Shown piece after piece: positions 37,727 to 50,835 of a stretch of DNA of 64,000 nt (position 1 is the stretch's first letter; every line of letters begins with the position of its first letter). The notes below the pieces were generated by a model, which was not told the origin of the DNA, made no database searches, and saw only the letters and a program-made list of their open reading frames with translations. Origin of the DNA: Eledone cirrhosa (Eukaryota). The position numbers and the translations under genes were made by a program. The DNA is taken from the NCBI GenBank assembly GCA_964016885.1, contig OZ024740.1:351974001-352038000 (forward strand), read 5' to 3'.

Positions 37727-39347
37727 ATATGTATATATATATATGTATAAGCAAATGATACTAGTTCCTCTCTTAGCTCACTATGCTTACAACACTTACT
37801 ACTAATTTCAATTCTTCTACTTATACTATTGTGCACGTGCTCTACTAAATCCATTGTCAAACATACACAACTACCAAGACATTAGCTGTATCTGCTTTTG
37901 TCCAATTTCTTTGTTACAAATCAATGACAAGAAAAATGAAATGTGATAGAAATGCATTCACACTACATAACAACAGTATTTCATTCAGATATTAATGGTT
38001 ATAATACTCAGTTGGACAAAACATATTTAAATACTGACCTCGGAAGTACAAAATGCATTTGAATATTGACTATTTTAGTGCAAAGCACATTCAAATACAA
38101 GCCAATGTAGGAGACTATGTAGTTACTCAATATGCTAGAAATAGCAGCCACATCTCCTTATATTATAGATTTTACCATCTTAAACAAGGAAGGACACAGT
38201 ATATACACTATGTCTTAAAATACAAAATAGAATGGTCATGACTAGCATACCTTTAATTATAGGGTTTGCTCAATTGAGGCTGACCTAGGGTTAAACAACA
38301 ACTCACTGAAATATTGACTACATCAGTATGTTACATTGAAATACTGACTGACTACATATATAGAAAAAGAACATGGTTTTCATTCATGAAATTTTTGATT
38401 AACATTTGGTGAAATATTTCTTTCAGCTCATAACAGAATGATAGGGGATGGGGTGATTATTGAATAGGGCCCTATTTGTTCATATTTAAATCCCCCCATT
38501 CTTATGATAATAGTTGTCAGATATCTATCTAATCCATACAGAGTATAGCTCTATTTTTGGAGAGGAAGAGAGAGATGAACTCGCTTATCAACAATAATAT
38601 GCCAGTTTAATAAACCTTCGGTCAGTATTATATATCACAGGTCCCTGTATATCAAATCCTCTCAATTTAAAAAAATGTTTTTTATTTGTCAAACCTGTAC
38701 AACTCAGATAGTAACAATAAATATATTGTTTTAAGGAAAAGGGACAATAGGTTACAGTAGCATTTTAAATAAAAATGTAATGGATATTTTAAATTCTTCC
38801 ATTTTTAATTATGAACCACAAATAGCAGACAAGGTGAAAAATATTGATTTTGGTTTTAAATTATGTGTTCATATGCTTTGAATCTATGTCCTTTTTTTTT
38901 TCACTATTTTATTCTTTATTTATTTATTGTGTTACCTCAAGGTTTCCTTATGAATATAATTTCAAAATTCATCAGAAGCTGCATGGGGGGCTCCCAGCAT
39001 GTTTCATGCAGCCTTTGGGTTGCATGTTGTGCTGGCTTGATATAGATAATAGAACTTACTTCCTCTGTCATGTGAGATGTTACTGCAGAAAATACTAGAA
39101 GAATGACAGAGCACATGATTAAATTCCTTGTAGTATTTAGTTTCATCTCTGGATTCTGAGTTCAAATTCAAACTTTGAACAAAGAAAGCAAAAAGTACCA
39201 GAGAAATACCAGGGAGATTTAATCAACTATACTCTTGTACAAAAATTGTCTCTTTGATTAACATGAGAGCAATATATATTGGATCAGTGCTCAAGACATA
39301 TTTATTACTAAATACTAGTATCTACCAAGTGGTCAGGGGTATTTTAA

Positions 39348-39501
39348 CCCTTTAGCATTTAAACCGGCTGTATCAAGCCAGAATTCTCTCACTTCTTTCT
39401 GTCCAAACTGGCCATAACTAGCCACCCATACTGATGTTAAGGTATTGTTCTCAAAATAAATAATATCAAAATCTAATAGATTTGATGCGAATGCTAAAGA
39501 G
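39348..39501 (+). mobile_element. piggyBac-type MITE family A, internally deleted
   Basis: Both termini and TTAA are retained, ~65 bp are missing. Confidence 0.85.
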
Positions 39502-40104
39502 TTAAGACCAGTGCTTAGCTGGCTTGTTTCATGGCAATAAAATGATGAGAGATAAATGTTCCCTGGGATAGAACATCATGTGTATCAAAAGTAATGTTGC
39601 CAGATGATCTAGTACCTATTGTCAGCAGCTAGGTGAACTGTGGTAATGTAAAATAAAGTGTTTATCTAGACACAATGAAACAGCTGCAGATGGTTTAGGC
39701 TCCCAACTTAGGAATATAAAATCCCAAACCTTATTCATTTCAGCCCCCTACTTTGGAAAAATCTGTTCCCAGCAACAATACAATACTTTACTATAGTTTA
39801 AATCTGTGATTCCAGCAGTTTTCATCCTATTTACCCCATGGAAGTTTTTTAAAAGTAAATTTATCTCCACCCTATTTTGTTCAGGTAATTTGAGTTTAAA
39901 TTTCTATGATAATACGGCAACTGACAAAGGGGAAATTATAGAATGCTGTTTTTAATATTATTTTAGTTCAACTAATAATAGCACAAAACATTATTTCACT
40001 TTCTTATGAATAACTGATGACGAACAGATGTCAGTACTAGGATCAAGTTCAGTCAGTCAATGTGACCACATCAATCAATGAGATTCACAGAAATCATTAT
40101 ATAT

Positions 40105-40450
40105 GGAGGCACATGGCTTAGTGGTTAGAGCATTGGGCTTGCAATCGAAAGGTTGTGAGTTCAATTCTCAGACCGGGTGATGTGTTGTTTCCTTGAGCAA
40201 GACACTTTATTTCACATTGCTCCAGTTTACTCAGCTGTAGAAATGAGATGATAGGGACTGGGGTCCCTATCATTCCACTGCAAAGTGGTCGTGTAGGTGC
40301 CACGGCAAAAAAGCACCCAGCACTCACTGTAAATGAGGTTGGTGTTAGGAAGGGCATCCAGCTGTAGAAATCAAGCCAGAATCAGTTCCCGTCCCACCTT
40401 TGCAAGCAGGGAAAAGTGGATGTAAAATGAAATGATGAAATGATGATGAT
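40105..40450 (+). mobile_element. SINE family 1, full length (tRNA head + CORE-like domain + RTE-like tail)
   Basis: A box tggcttagtgg and B box gagttcaattc; central tccttgagcaagacactt...cagtttactcagctgtagaaatg; tail gttggtgttaggaagggcatccagc...(gat)n shared with the RTE 3' UTR. Confidence 0.88.
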
Positions 40451-40454
40451 ATAT

Positions 40455-40820
40455 ATATATATACATATATATATATGCCATGGCGTTACGCAGTAATACA
40501 GAAGACCCAGCTTCCCATGGGTACAAGCATACAGACAATATGCTCCCACCCCCTCCCACTGCAAAGTGGTCGTGGAGGTGTCACAACAAAAAAGCACCCA
40601 GTCCACACTGTAAAGTGGTCGTGTAGGCGCCATGGAAAAAAGCACCCAGCACTCACTGTAAATGAGGTTGGTATAAGGAAGGACATCCAGCTGTAGAAAT
40701 CAAGCCAATATCAGTTCCGGTATATGGTCACCCGACATGGCATTGCCCACAACAGGACAACACGTCTAACCCATGCTAGCGTGGAATAATGGTCGTAAAA
40801 TGGTGATGAGGATGATGATG
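40455..40820 (+). mobile_element. RTE LINE 3' end
   Basis: WRYAVIQKT C-terminus, then the 3' UTR and (gat)n tail. Confidence 0.8.
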
Positions 40821-41507
40821 CCATACTAGCATGAAAAATGGGGGTTAAATGGTGATGAGGATATATATATATATACATTTACAGTCCTCATCGGAGCAAG
40901 GCACAGCAGACTTGCCTCCTGGAGTGGGCGACCTGTCAAACCCATGCAAGTATGGAGAAATGGACACTGAATGATGATATATATATATATATATATATTT
41001 ATACCCAAACATATATATATATATTTATGCCCAAACATTAAAAAGAAAACAAATTAGTATTTTAATAGAAAAAATAATCTTACTTCAGATTTTGTTTAAT
41101 TATAACTGAAAAAATCTTTACAATCTGAGTTCAAATCCCACCAAAGTCAACTGCCTTTTATTCTTCTGGGGTCAATAAAATAAAGTATCAATCAAGTGCT
41201 GGGATTGATTTAATCAGCTTTTCCCTCCCTTCTTCCAAAATTAAAAATCAATTGTAACTGAAAAAAGTTGTACAAATTCAAAATCTGCAAATTTACTCCC
41301 TAGGTGTATGTAAATGTTCCACACATTGGAAATTCTTGGTTTAAACCTTTTGTATAACTACGAGTTATTGGATTTCATTCCTACAAAGTCTATTTTAACA
41401 AATGCAATGCAAAGTTAGCTTCCTGAGCTACCTTCTAACAATCACATTACTTTCTTTTCTAATAACCACTGTTATATGGTCTAAAAATATCTTTAGCAGT
41501 TCTTTAA

Positions 41508-41724
41508 CCCTTTAGCATTTAAACTGGCCATATCCAGCTAGAATTCTCTCTTCCTGTTCAAACCAGCTGTAACCGGCTGCTCATACTGACATTTAAGGTA
41601 TTGTTCTCAAAATAAATAACATCAAAATCTCATAGATTCGATATTATGTGAGATAATTTTGTAAAATAAAGTCTTTACCACAAAAATACAATAGTATATA
41701 TAGAGTAATGTAAATGCTAAAGGG
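41508..41724 (+). mobile_element. piggyBac-type MITE family A
   Basis: TTAA flanks and perfect TIRs. Confidence 0.9.
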
Positions 41725-41991
41725 TTAATTGGTAACATAACAGGCATGTAATTAAAAACAATTAATTATTTTAAAAAATAGATACAATTAAATGAAAAAA
41801 AGGAAGGCATAGTAAAATAAAAACAAATATACAAATGTGAATAAGAGTTAAACTGCTATTTTATCTTTGGATATCATGTTATATTGGAATTTAAAAACTC
41901 TTTTGAAATGATAGCATACATATTTTTAAAATAATGGGAGAATCTGTTCCAAATATTTCAAATATAACACTTACAAAACTTCAACAAGATG

Positions 41992-42180
41992 GCCGACTGA
42001 ATACGCACATGTATATGTTTTTTTTCTCCCAAAATTTTTTTTCTCATTTTCCTCGTTCCTTCCTCTCACCACTCTTTACTTTCTTCTATTTCTAACTATC
42101 TTTTGATGAGGAGCTAGTGTCTGAAACGTTTAAACTCTCTTCCTACAATTTCAAGCATTAAACTAATATATTTCTTCTGC
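41992..42180 (+). mobile_element. Degenerate hammerhead-bearing repeat
   Basis: tTGATGA ggagctagtgtct GAAA cgtt ta; homologous to 11180-11385 and to the minus strand of 25390-25560. Confidence 0.5.
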
Positions 42181-42774
42181 TAACTTTCGATATGTGTATG
42201 TAGAGTATATGATGTGAGTGGTGGGGTTAAGTACATTTGTATTGTAATGTTATATCATTGTTTCCCTATGGCAAACAAAAAATACTTTTTTTTTAAATAT
42301 TTATATTCTCCCATCACACACATATTCATAATCTCTTTCCTTCTCTTACCCTCACTCTTCTTTTACTCTCATTCTTGGTCAAGTTTGTCTTGAAAGAACA
42401 CAGACTACATGGAGAAGAGAGGACTCACTCTTTAGATATTCTAGTATTGGTGTGATGATAAAATGCTCTCAATATACTCTTTAAGGGTGTTGTTGATCAA
42501 CTAACCCCACCCCAAAATAAACATACTTTGACAATACAAGAACAAAGTATAATAATTATAATAATTTCTAACATAGATACAAGGCTTTTCTGTATCCTCC
42601 TCACCTAGTTTTTAATATTTCATGTAATTGTATGAACGAATAACAATGCAATTGCCCTTAGAAGCTAAATAAAGAATCCACTATAATCGATATAATAATT
42701 ATACTTGTACATATGTGATGGGGATGAAGGAAGAGTAAAACAGAGTGAGAAAGTTTTGAGAGGAAGAGTATTAG

Positions 42775-43055
42775 AAATGGTATGGAGAAAGAGAAGAATT
42801 TTGAAGGGAGAGGTAGTAGTAATGGTGTGAGGAAAGAGAAGAATTTTGAAGGGAAAGGAAGTAGTAATGGTGTGAAGAAAGAGAAGAATTTTGAAGGGAA
42901 AGGAAGTAGTATGGTGTGAAGAAAGAGAAGAATTTTGAAGGGAAAGGAAGTAGTAATGGTGTGAAGAAAGAGAAGAATTTTGAAGGGAAAGGAAGTAGTA
43001 TGGTGTGAAGAAAGAGAAGAATTTTGAAGGGAAAGGAAGTAGTAATGGTGTGAGG
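42775..43055. repeat. 44-45-bp purine-rich minisatellite (~6 units)
   Basis: ggtgtgaagaaagagaagaattttgaagggaaaggaagtagtaat repeated. Confidence 0.92.
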
Positions 43056-43999
43056 CAGAAGAAAGAGACTGCCATTTACTTGTGTGTTGATGGAATATCA
43101 GTAACATTAAGAGGCAGAAGAAAGAGAGATCCATTTATTCACAGTATATTATTGACATATATACACATAAGAACTAGTGGCATGTTTATAACTTTACACA
43201 AAAGAATAGTTCCAGTTAACAGTTAGTTTGTTATCCATGTTGTGAATTACTAACTAAATACAACAGTTAAAAAAAGCACTCATACATGTATGAAAGTGAC
43301 ACCCAAAAGAGTATCCTCCACTATCAACTAACTTACCCCCACCCCTGGGTCTCAACGAGCAGGATGGAGTATACATTGCTCTGGAGGATGGTGAGGGAGA
43401 AATGCTGGAACAGCCACTCCAGCTTGAGGGGCTCACACTTGTGGGCAGCCGCCTCCACTCCAATAGCAGTGAGAACTACATCTGGTTGTGGTAAAGTGGG
43501 GGAACATAAAGACTGTTGTTTATTTTTTTAAATTAATACATAATTATCTAATGCATGCGCTTTCATTCAACCAACTGTCAGCTGCTATACTGAACCCTTT
43601 ACAAAGAACTAAGTTTCTGGTTAGATTAACTTATTCAATAACATTTGATAAAGTACAGAGTGAAATGTTTAATACCACAGGAATTTGCAATGTTTAGTCA
43701 TGAAGAATTATATGTTAAACTCTCTAGGGCTAGGAAATTAACTGATATTTTTGTCAGGATTGTTAATACAAATTGCGCAATGGAAATAACAATGAAAACC
43801 TATAACTGAAACCATTGTATATAAGGAAATATTAAATTAATGGTATGAATTATAACGATGATTATTATTCCCAAGAGAACATAATGATTCAAATAATACA
43901 ATGATGACATAACAAATATATGTCAAAGTAGTAATTGTGTCTTAGTTACCAACGACTAGGGAATTTTCATGGGGCCAACTAGTCATTATTATTATCATC

Positions 44000-44400
44000 T
44001 TGGTAGTATCGGTAGAGGGTCGGACGCCATGCTTTGACGCATAGAGTTACGGCCCTTGCCATTCTGAGTTCAAATCCCGCCAAGGTTAACTTTACCTTTC
44101 ATCCTTATGGGGTCGATAAAATAAAGTACCAGTAATACACTGGGTAATTGCTGGCCTTGTGCCAAAAGTAGAAACAATTATTATCATCGTTAACAGTATG
44201 GGTGGAGCATTGGATAACAAGCTTTAAAGCATATAGTTACAGTCCTTTATGTTCTGAGTTCAGATCCCACCAAGGTTAGCTTTGTCTTTCATCCTTACAG
44301 GGCTGATAAAATAAAGCTCCAGTAATGCACTGAGGTAGATTTAATCGACTTTCCTTGGCCCCAAAATTGCTGGCCTTGTGCCTATATAAGAAACTGTTAT
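44000..44400 (+). mobile_element. Two tandem SINE family 2 copies (Deu/Nin-like domain)
   Basis: tRNA-like head (ttctgagttcaaatccc), then ctttcatccttatggggtcgataaaataaagtaccag, and a 3' end gaaacaattattat. Confidence 0.8.
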
Positions 44401-44429
44401 TATTTCCATTATCATTTTTATTGCGCATC

Positions 44430-44725
44430 ATTATTGCTTTACCAGGAACAGCTCTATGTGCCTTGGATATGGGCAGTGTAGTTTTTGCTGATGTTGTTTC
44501 TATTGTATTGATAGTACTTTACATATGTGTGCAGTGCCTTTTGTATGCTGTATATATTTGTAAGTCCTGGGGTTTGGGCTATGTATTTGTCTGTGTGGTT
44601 TTTATCATTCCCAGAGCGCCTATTATTATAGGTATTGTTTCTGATTTCATTTTCCATATTCAAGTTATTTCTATCTCTAGAGCTTTATATTTGGAGAGTT
44701 TCTCTATTTACTTGGGGATTGATAC
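44430..44725 (-). mobile_element. R4/Dong-like (RLE-type) non-LTR retrotransposon C-terminal remnant
   Basis: Minus strand translates KLSKYKALEIEIT*IWKMKSETIPIIIGALG...TPGLTNIYSIQK, and the element sits between (ATT)n-rich flanks. Confidence 0.65.
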
Positions 44726-45029
44726 ATCTATTATTATTATTGTTGTTATTGTTGTTGTGCCAACTGTCTTCAGTTTTAATAAGATGCTAAATCTTTCAGG
44801 TCAAATGTATAAACAAAAAAGAAAAAAAGTCCATTTAATCTAAAAGAAAGAAACCATTACTTCAGATTTTAGTTGAAAATGTAACAGAAACTGATATTTT
44901 TACAGGTTAAAAAAGAGGTTATATGTCCCACAGACAAATCAGCAAACGTTGCTGCTTTTAAAATTCTTTCTAAATTAAAACAGAACAGTTATTCTTTACT
45001 CTGACAATATTATAGCATAAACAAATTTC

Positions 45030-45120
<91 letters not shown>
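45030..45120. repeat. (TA)n(TG)n microsatellite
   Basis: Directly visible. Confidence 0.95.
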
Positions 45121-45122
<2 letters not shown>

Positions 45123-45319
45123 CATGTGTATGCATGCACAGACATATATATATATATCATACACAGAGAAATGCATGTGCGTCTGTATGTGTGTGATAAA
45201 ATTAGACATATACATTCAAATATACATTATCATGATCAGTTAACATCTGCTTTCCCTGCTAGCCAGGGTTTGGTGGATTGTCATAAAAACCAAGTCTACA
45301 TAGTCAGAGCTACTGCCGT

Positions 45320-47107
45320 ATATACATACACATACGTGTATATATGTATACACACATACATATATACATACACATACGTGTATATATGTATACACACATA
45401 CATATACACATATACATACACACATATACAAACACACATACATATATATATACAAACACACATACATATATATATACAAACACACATATATATATATACA
45501 TATATACACATACATATATATATACATATATACACATACATATATATATACATATATACACATACATATATATATACATATTTACACATACATATATATA
45601 TATACATATATACACATACATATATATATATACATATATACACATACATATATATATATACATATATACACATACATATATATATATACATATATACAAA
45701 TACATATATATATATACATATATACACATACATATATATATACATATATACACATACATATATATATACATATATACACATACATATATATATATACATA
45801 TATACATATACATATATATATATACATATATACACATACATATATACACATACATATATATATATACATATATACACATACATATATATATAAACATATA
45901 TACACATACATATATATATATACATATATACACATACATATATATATACATATATACACATACATATATATATATATATACACACACATACACACATATA
46001 TATATACATACACACACATACACACATACATATATATATATACATACACACACATACATATATATACATACACACACATACATATATATATACATACACA
46101 CATACACACATACATATATATATATATATACATACCCACATACATATATATATATACATACCCACATACATATATACATATATACATACACACATACATA
46201 TATATGTATATACATACATATATATATATTTATATATACATATACATATATATATATACATATAGATATGCATATATATATATATATAATTATGCATATA
46301 TATATACACATAAATATGCATATATATACACATATAAATATGCATATATATATATACATATACATAATATACATATACATATACATATAAATATGCATAT
46401 ATATATACACATATAAATATGCATATATATATATACACATAAATATGCATATATATATATACACATATAAATATGCATATATATATATACATATACATAA
46501 TATACATATGCATATATATACATATACATAATATACATACATATACATATATATACATATACATATATATACATATACATATATATACATATATATATAC
46601 ATATATATATACATATATGTATATGTATATATATGTATATATATATATATATGTATACATTATATACATATATATATACATACATATACATAATATACAT
46701 ATACATAATATACATATATATATATACATAATATACATATATATACATATACATAATATACATATACATAATATACATATACATAATATACATATACATA
46801 CATAATATACATATACATACATAATATACATATGCATACATATACATATGTATACATATACATATATATACATATACATACATATACATATATATACATA
46901 TATATACATATACATATGTATACATATACATATATATACATATATATACATATACATATGTATACATATACATATATATACATATACATATATATATACA
47001 TATATATACATGTACATACATATACATATATATACATGTACATACATATACATATATACATATACATACATATACATATATATACATATATATATATACA
47101 TATACAT
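45320..47107. repeat. ~1.8-kb compound (TA/CA) simple repeat
   Basis: Continuous, mostly alternating purine-pyrimidine repeat with shifting higher-order units. Confidence 0.95.
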
Positions 47108-47292
47108 ATCATCATCATCATCATCATCATCATTTCATTTTACATCCGCTTTTCCCTGCTTGCTGCTTGCAAGGGTGGGATGGGAACTGATGCTGGCTTA
47201 ATTTCTACAGCTGGATGCCCTTCCTAACACCAACCTCATTTACAGTGAGTGCTGGGTGATTTTTTGCCGTGGCACCTACACGACCACTTTGC
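47108..47292 (-). mobile_element. SINE family 1, 3' part
   Basis: Reverse complement of the 40280-40450 tail. Confidence 0.8.
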
Positions 47293-47489
47293 ATATATAT
47301 ACATATACATATATATATACATATATACATATATATATACATATATATACATATATATAAATATACATATATATACATATATATACATATACAAACATAT
47401 ACATATATATACATATATATAAATATACATATATATACATATATATACATATACAAACATATACATACATATACATATATATTTATATA

Positions 47490-49099
47490 TCATCATCTTC
47501 GTTTAACGTCCATTTTCCACACTAGCATGGGTTAGACAGGAGTTGTCCTACTTGAGGCAAGTTTGGTCGGGTGACCATGTCTCGCTCGTATAGGACTATC
47601 TGGCGGGTTTTCTACGGCTGGATGCCCTTCCTAACACCAACCACATTTACAGTGTGGGACTGGGAACTTTTTACCGTGTTACCTACACAACCACATTACA
47701 GCGTGGACTGTGTGTTTTTTTTCTCGTGACACCTACACGATCTCGATCTCATTATCTCATTTATTTAGACTGGATGTTGTGGTACCAACGTTACAGAGAG
47801 AGGGTGGTGTTGGTGGGAGTGGGAGGATAGGGTAGGGGTAGTGGATTGGGGTGTATATTTGGTTAAGAGGTACCTACTGACTGTAGGTTTCGCTTTATAC
47901 ATAGGCAAGGTGGGTCTTCTGTATTACTGCGTAGTGCCAAAGATCTCGGTCCAGTGACACTGTCCTAGAGAGGTGCAAGTGTGTAAGGTGGGAATTCATC
48001 AGATCATCCCAGGTTTTTCTGGGTCTACCTACTCCGTAACTACCATCAATTTTGATCGCCCTGCATTTTTTATACAGCTGTCGTCTTTCATGTGCATCAC
48101 GTGGCCATACCAACGTAGTCTTCTCTCAAGTAAACAGCATCTGATCCTTCTAATTCCTAATTTCTCACTTAGTTCATTTATGCTTTGCCGTTCACGTATA
48201 TTACTATTACACATCCAACGGAGCATGCATGCCTCGTTCCTTTCCAGTCTACGCAGGTCCTCTGCACGCAATGCCCATGTCTCACTGCCATGTAGCATTG
48301 CTGTTCGTATACAAGCATCATACAATCTGCCTTTCATTTTTAGAGAGAAACCTTTTGTGGCCAACAGCAGTATAAGCTCTCTGAACTTTTTCCATCACGT
48401 TCTGACTCTAGCTACTGTACTTTCAGAACACCCTCCACCACTGCTGATTTCGTCACCCAGGTAACGGAAAGTGTCCACTATTTCTATAGAACCATCTGGG
48501 CAATAGAGGCAGCTAGTATCCTGTGGACACTTGCTACTTATTGCACCTGAGCATCGGCCACATATAAAGTTCTTAGATAGCTTACCTGTGATCCCACTAC
48601 ATCTTTTATGTACCCATACTTTGCATTTGGGACATAAAATTGAATTTCTGCCTACTCCTTTCCTACACATTGAGTATGGCCATTTCCCTGAGGGCACCTG
48701 TACCCTATTTTCCTTTCTACAAACTAGAACTTTAGTCTTAGACAAGTTAACTTTAAGGCCTTTTGATTCTAGGCCATGCTTCCATGTTTGGAATTTCTTT
48801 TCTAGTTCAGCCATTGATTAAGCTATGAGCGTTAGATCATCTGCGTATAGGAGTTCCCATGGGCAGCCGGTCTTGAACTCCTCTGTTATAGCCTGAAGGG
48901 CAATAATAAATAGGAGGGGGCTAAGGACAGAGCCTTGATGACACCAACTTTTACACTAAATTCTTCACAACCTTACTGACTGTTTCTTTATACATAGCTT
49001 GTATAGCTCTCACAAGCCATTCATCTACACCTAGTTTTCTAAGAGCCCACCAGATAATGGAGCAGGGGACTCTGTTAAAAGCTTTTTCCAGGTCTACAA
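47490..49099 (-). mobile_element. RTE-clade LINE, 5'-truncated and frameshifted
   Basis: ORFs 48951-49136 (VDLEKAF), 48395-48814 (Cys-rich finger) and 48029-48364 (GSETW, RLRWYGH), plus 3' UTR and (gat)n. Confidence 0.92.
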
Positions 49100-49126
49100 T
49101 GCATATATAAATGGATATATATACAT

Positions 49127-49520
49127 GAAGGCACATGGCTCAGTGGTTAGAGCATTGGGCTTGCAATCGAAAGGTTGTGAGTTCAATCTCAGACCGGGGT
49201 GATGTGTTGTTTCCTTGAGCAAGACATTTTATTTCACATTGCTCCAGTTTACTCAGCTGTAGAAATGAGATGATAGAGACTGGGGTCCATATCATTCCAC
49301 TGCAAAGTGGTCGTGGAGGTGGCACGGCAAAAAAGCAGCCAGCACTCACTGTAAATGAGGTTGGTGTTAGGAAGGGCATCCAGCTGTAGAAATCAAGACA
49401 GAATCAGTTCCCATATGAGCAAGAGAAGGTCAGCTGACCGGACACTGCCCACAACAGGACAACCCGTCTAACCCATGCTAGCGTGGAAGAACGGACGTAA
49501 AACGGTGATGATGATGATGA
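49127..49520 (+). mobile_element. SINE family 1, full length with longer RTE-like tail
   Basis: Same head and core as 40105-40450; the tail ends ggacgtaaaacggt(gat)n. Confidence 0.88.
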
Positions 49521-49580
49521 TACATATACATTTATCTACATATATATCCATATACATATATCTACATATATATGTGTGTC

Positions 49581-49612
<32 letters not shown>

Positions 49613-49949
49613 GTATTAAGACAGTGATATATTACACATATATTCTGGGTGGGCTATAAACACTATGTGGTGACGGTCATTAGGAATGAGAATATTTGTA
49701 ACATAAGTTTAGAAGCAATGAATTCTGTAATAACACAAAATGGTTTTACTAACATCAAGTATGTTCAAGATGTGAATGTTTGCTGGTATCAAGTTCTATA
49801 CTATTCATACAAGTGTCTAGCTTATATGTATGTGTTTTGTATATTAAAAAAAAAGTGGTAAATTGACAGTCATTAGGGTGTTGAATTAAAAATGCCTGGG
49901 TATTTGCTCTGAGTTCAAATCATGCTGATGTCAACTTTGTCTTTCATCC

Positions 49950-50210
49950 AAAAAAAAGAAGAAAAGATGAAGAAAAAAGAAGAAAAGAAAAAAGGAAGAA
50001 GAAAAGAAAAGAAAAGAAAAAGAAAAGAAAGGAAAGGAAAGGAAAAGAAAAAAGAAAGGAAAGGAAAAGAAAATAAAAGAAAAGAAAGGAAAGGAAAAGA
50101 AAGGAAAGGAAAGGAAAAGAAAGGAAAAGAAAGGAAAAGAAGAAAAGAAAAAAAGAAAAAAAGAATAGAAAAGAAAAGAAAAGAAAAGAAAACGAAGAAG
50201 AAAAGAAGAA
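49950..50210. repeat. (GAAAA/GGAAA)n polypurine tract
   Basis: Directly visible; follows a truncated SINE family 2 copy. Confidence 0.92.
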
Positions 50211-50621
50211 ATTGGCTGTGTTCTGACCTGAATAGCGATGGGCTCTACCAGGCTTAAATACATACTTATGCATGTATGTGTGTGAGTAACGTGTGTGTGT
50301 GTGTGTGTATATCTATGTTTGTGCATGGATGTATATAAAAGAAAAAATAAATGAAAGACAACAATTTATGAATGAAACAAACAAACAAACAAAAATATAC
50401 AAGATAGACGATTGTCCTTATAAGACATGAAATTTAAGTAATGAAACTGAAAATTCAACTCTCACCATGTTGTACTACATAATTAAATTGTATTTTTGAT
50501 AGGCGGGGTTGAAATAATATCCAATCATGGAATTAAAACAGAATACATATTTGTATTTTTAAAGCTCAACCGACTTACAATCAAAAATTGAATATTTTAT
50601 TACATTGTTTCAATGTTTAAG

Positions 50622-50835
50622 TTACTTTAATATTTACATTATATATACTATATTTTCATGGTAAAGGCGTTACCTTACATAATTATCTCATATAATATTG
50701 AATCTATGAAATTTTTATATTATTTATTTTAACAACCATACCTAAACATCAGTATGAGCAGCTGCTTACAGCCGGTTTGAACAGAAAGAGGTGAGAAAAT
50801 TCCTGCCGGATACAGCCAGTTTAAATGCTAAAGGG
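50622..50835 (-). mobile_element. piggyBac-type MITE family A
   Basis: Reverse copy ending taaatgctaaaggg-TTAA; the other end is degenerate. Confidence 0.8.

Noticed and set aside
40105-40180. tRNA gene (TGC anticodon-like loop), also at 838, 33203 and 49127
   Set aside because: The acceptor stem does not pair and each copy continues into a SINE body; these are tRNA-derived SINE heads.
44355-44843. 162-aa hydrophobic ORF resembling a membrane protein
   Set aside because: It is antisense to an R4/Dong-like retroelement remnant and begins inside a SINE.
45042-47535. Long ORFs (up to 603 aa) rich in Y/I/M/C/V/H/T, plus similar ones at 5123-5738, 6459-7781 and 58493-58895
   Set aside because: They are translations of (TA)/(CA)/(TG) simple repeats, which lack stop codons by composition.
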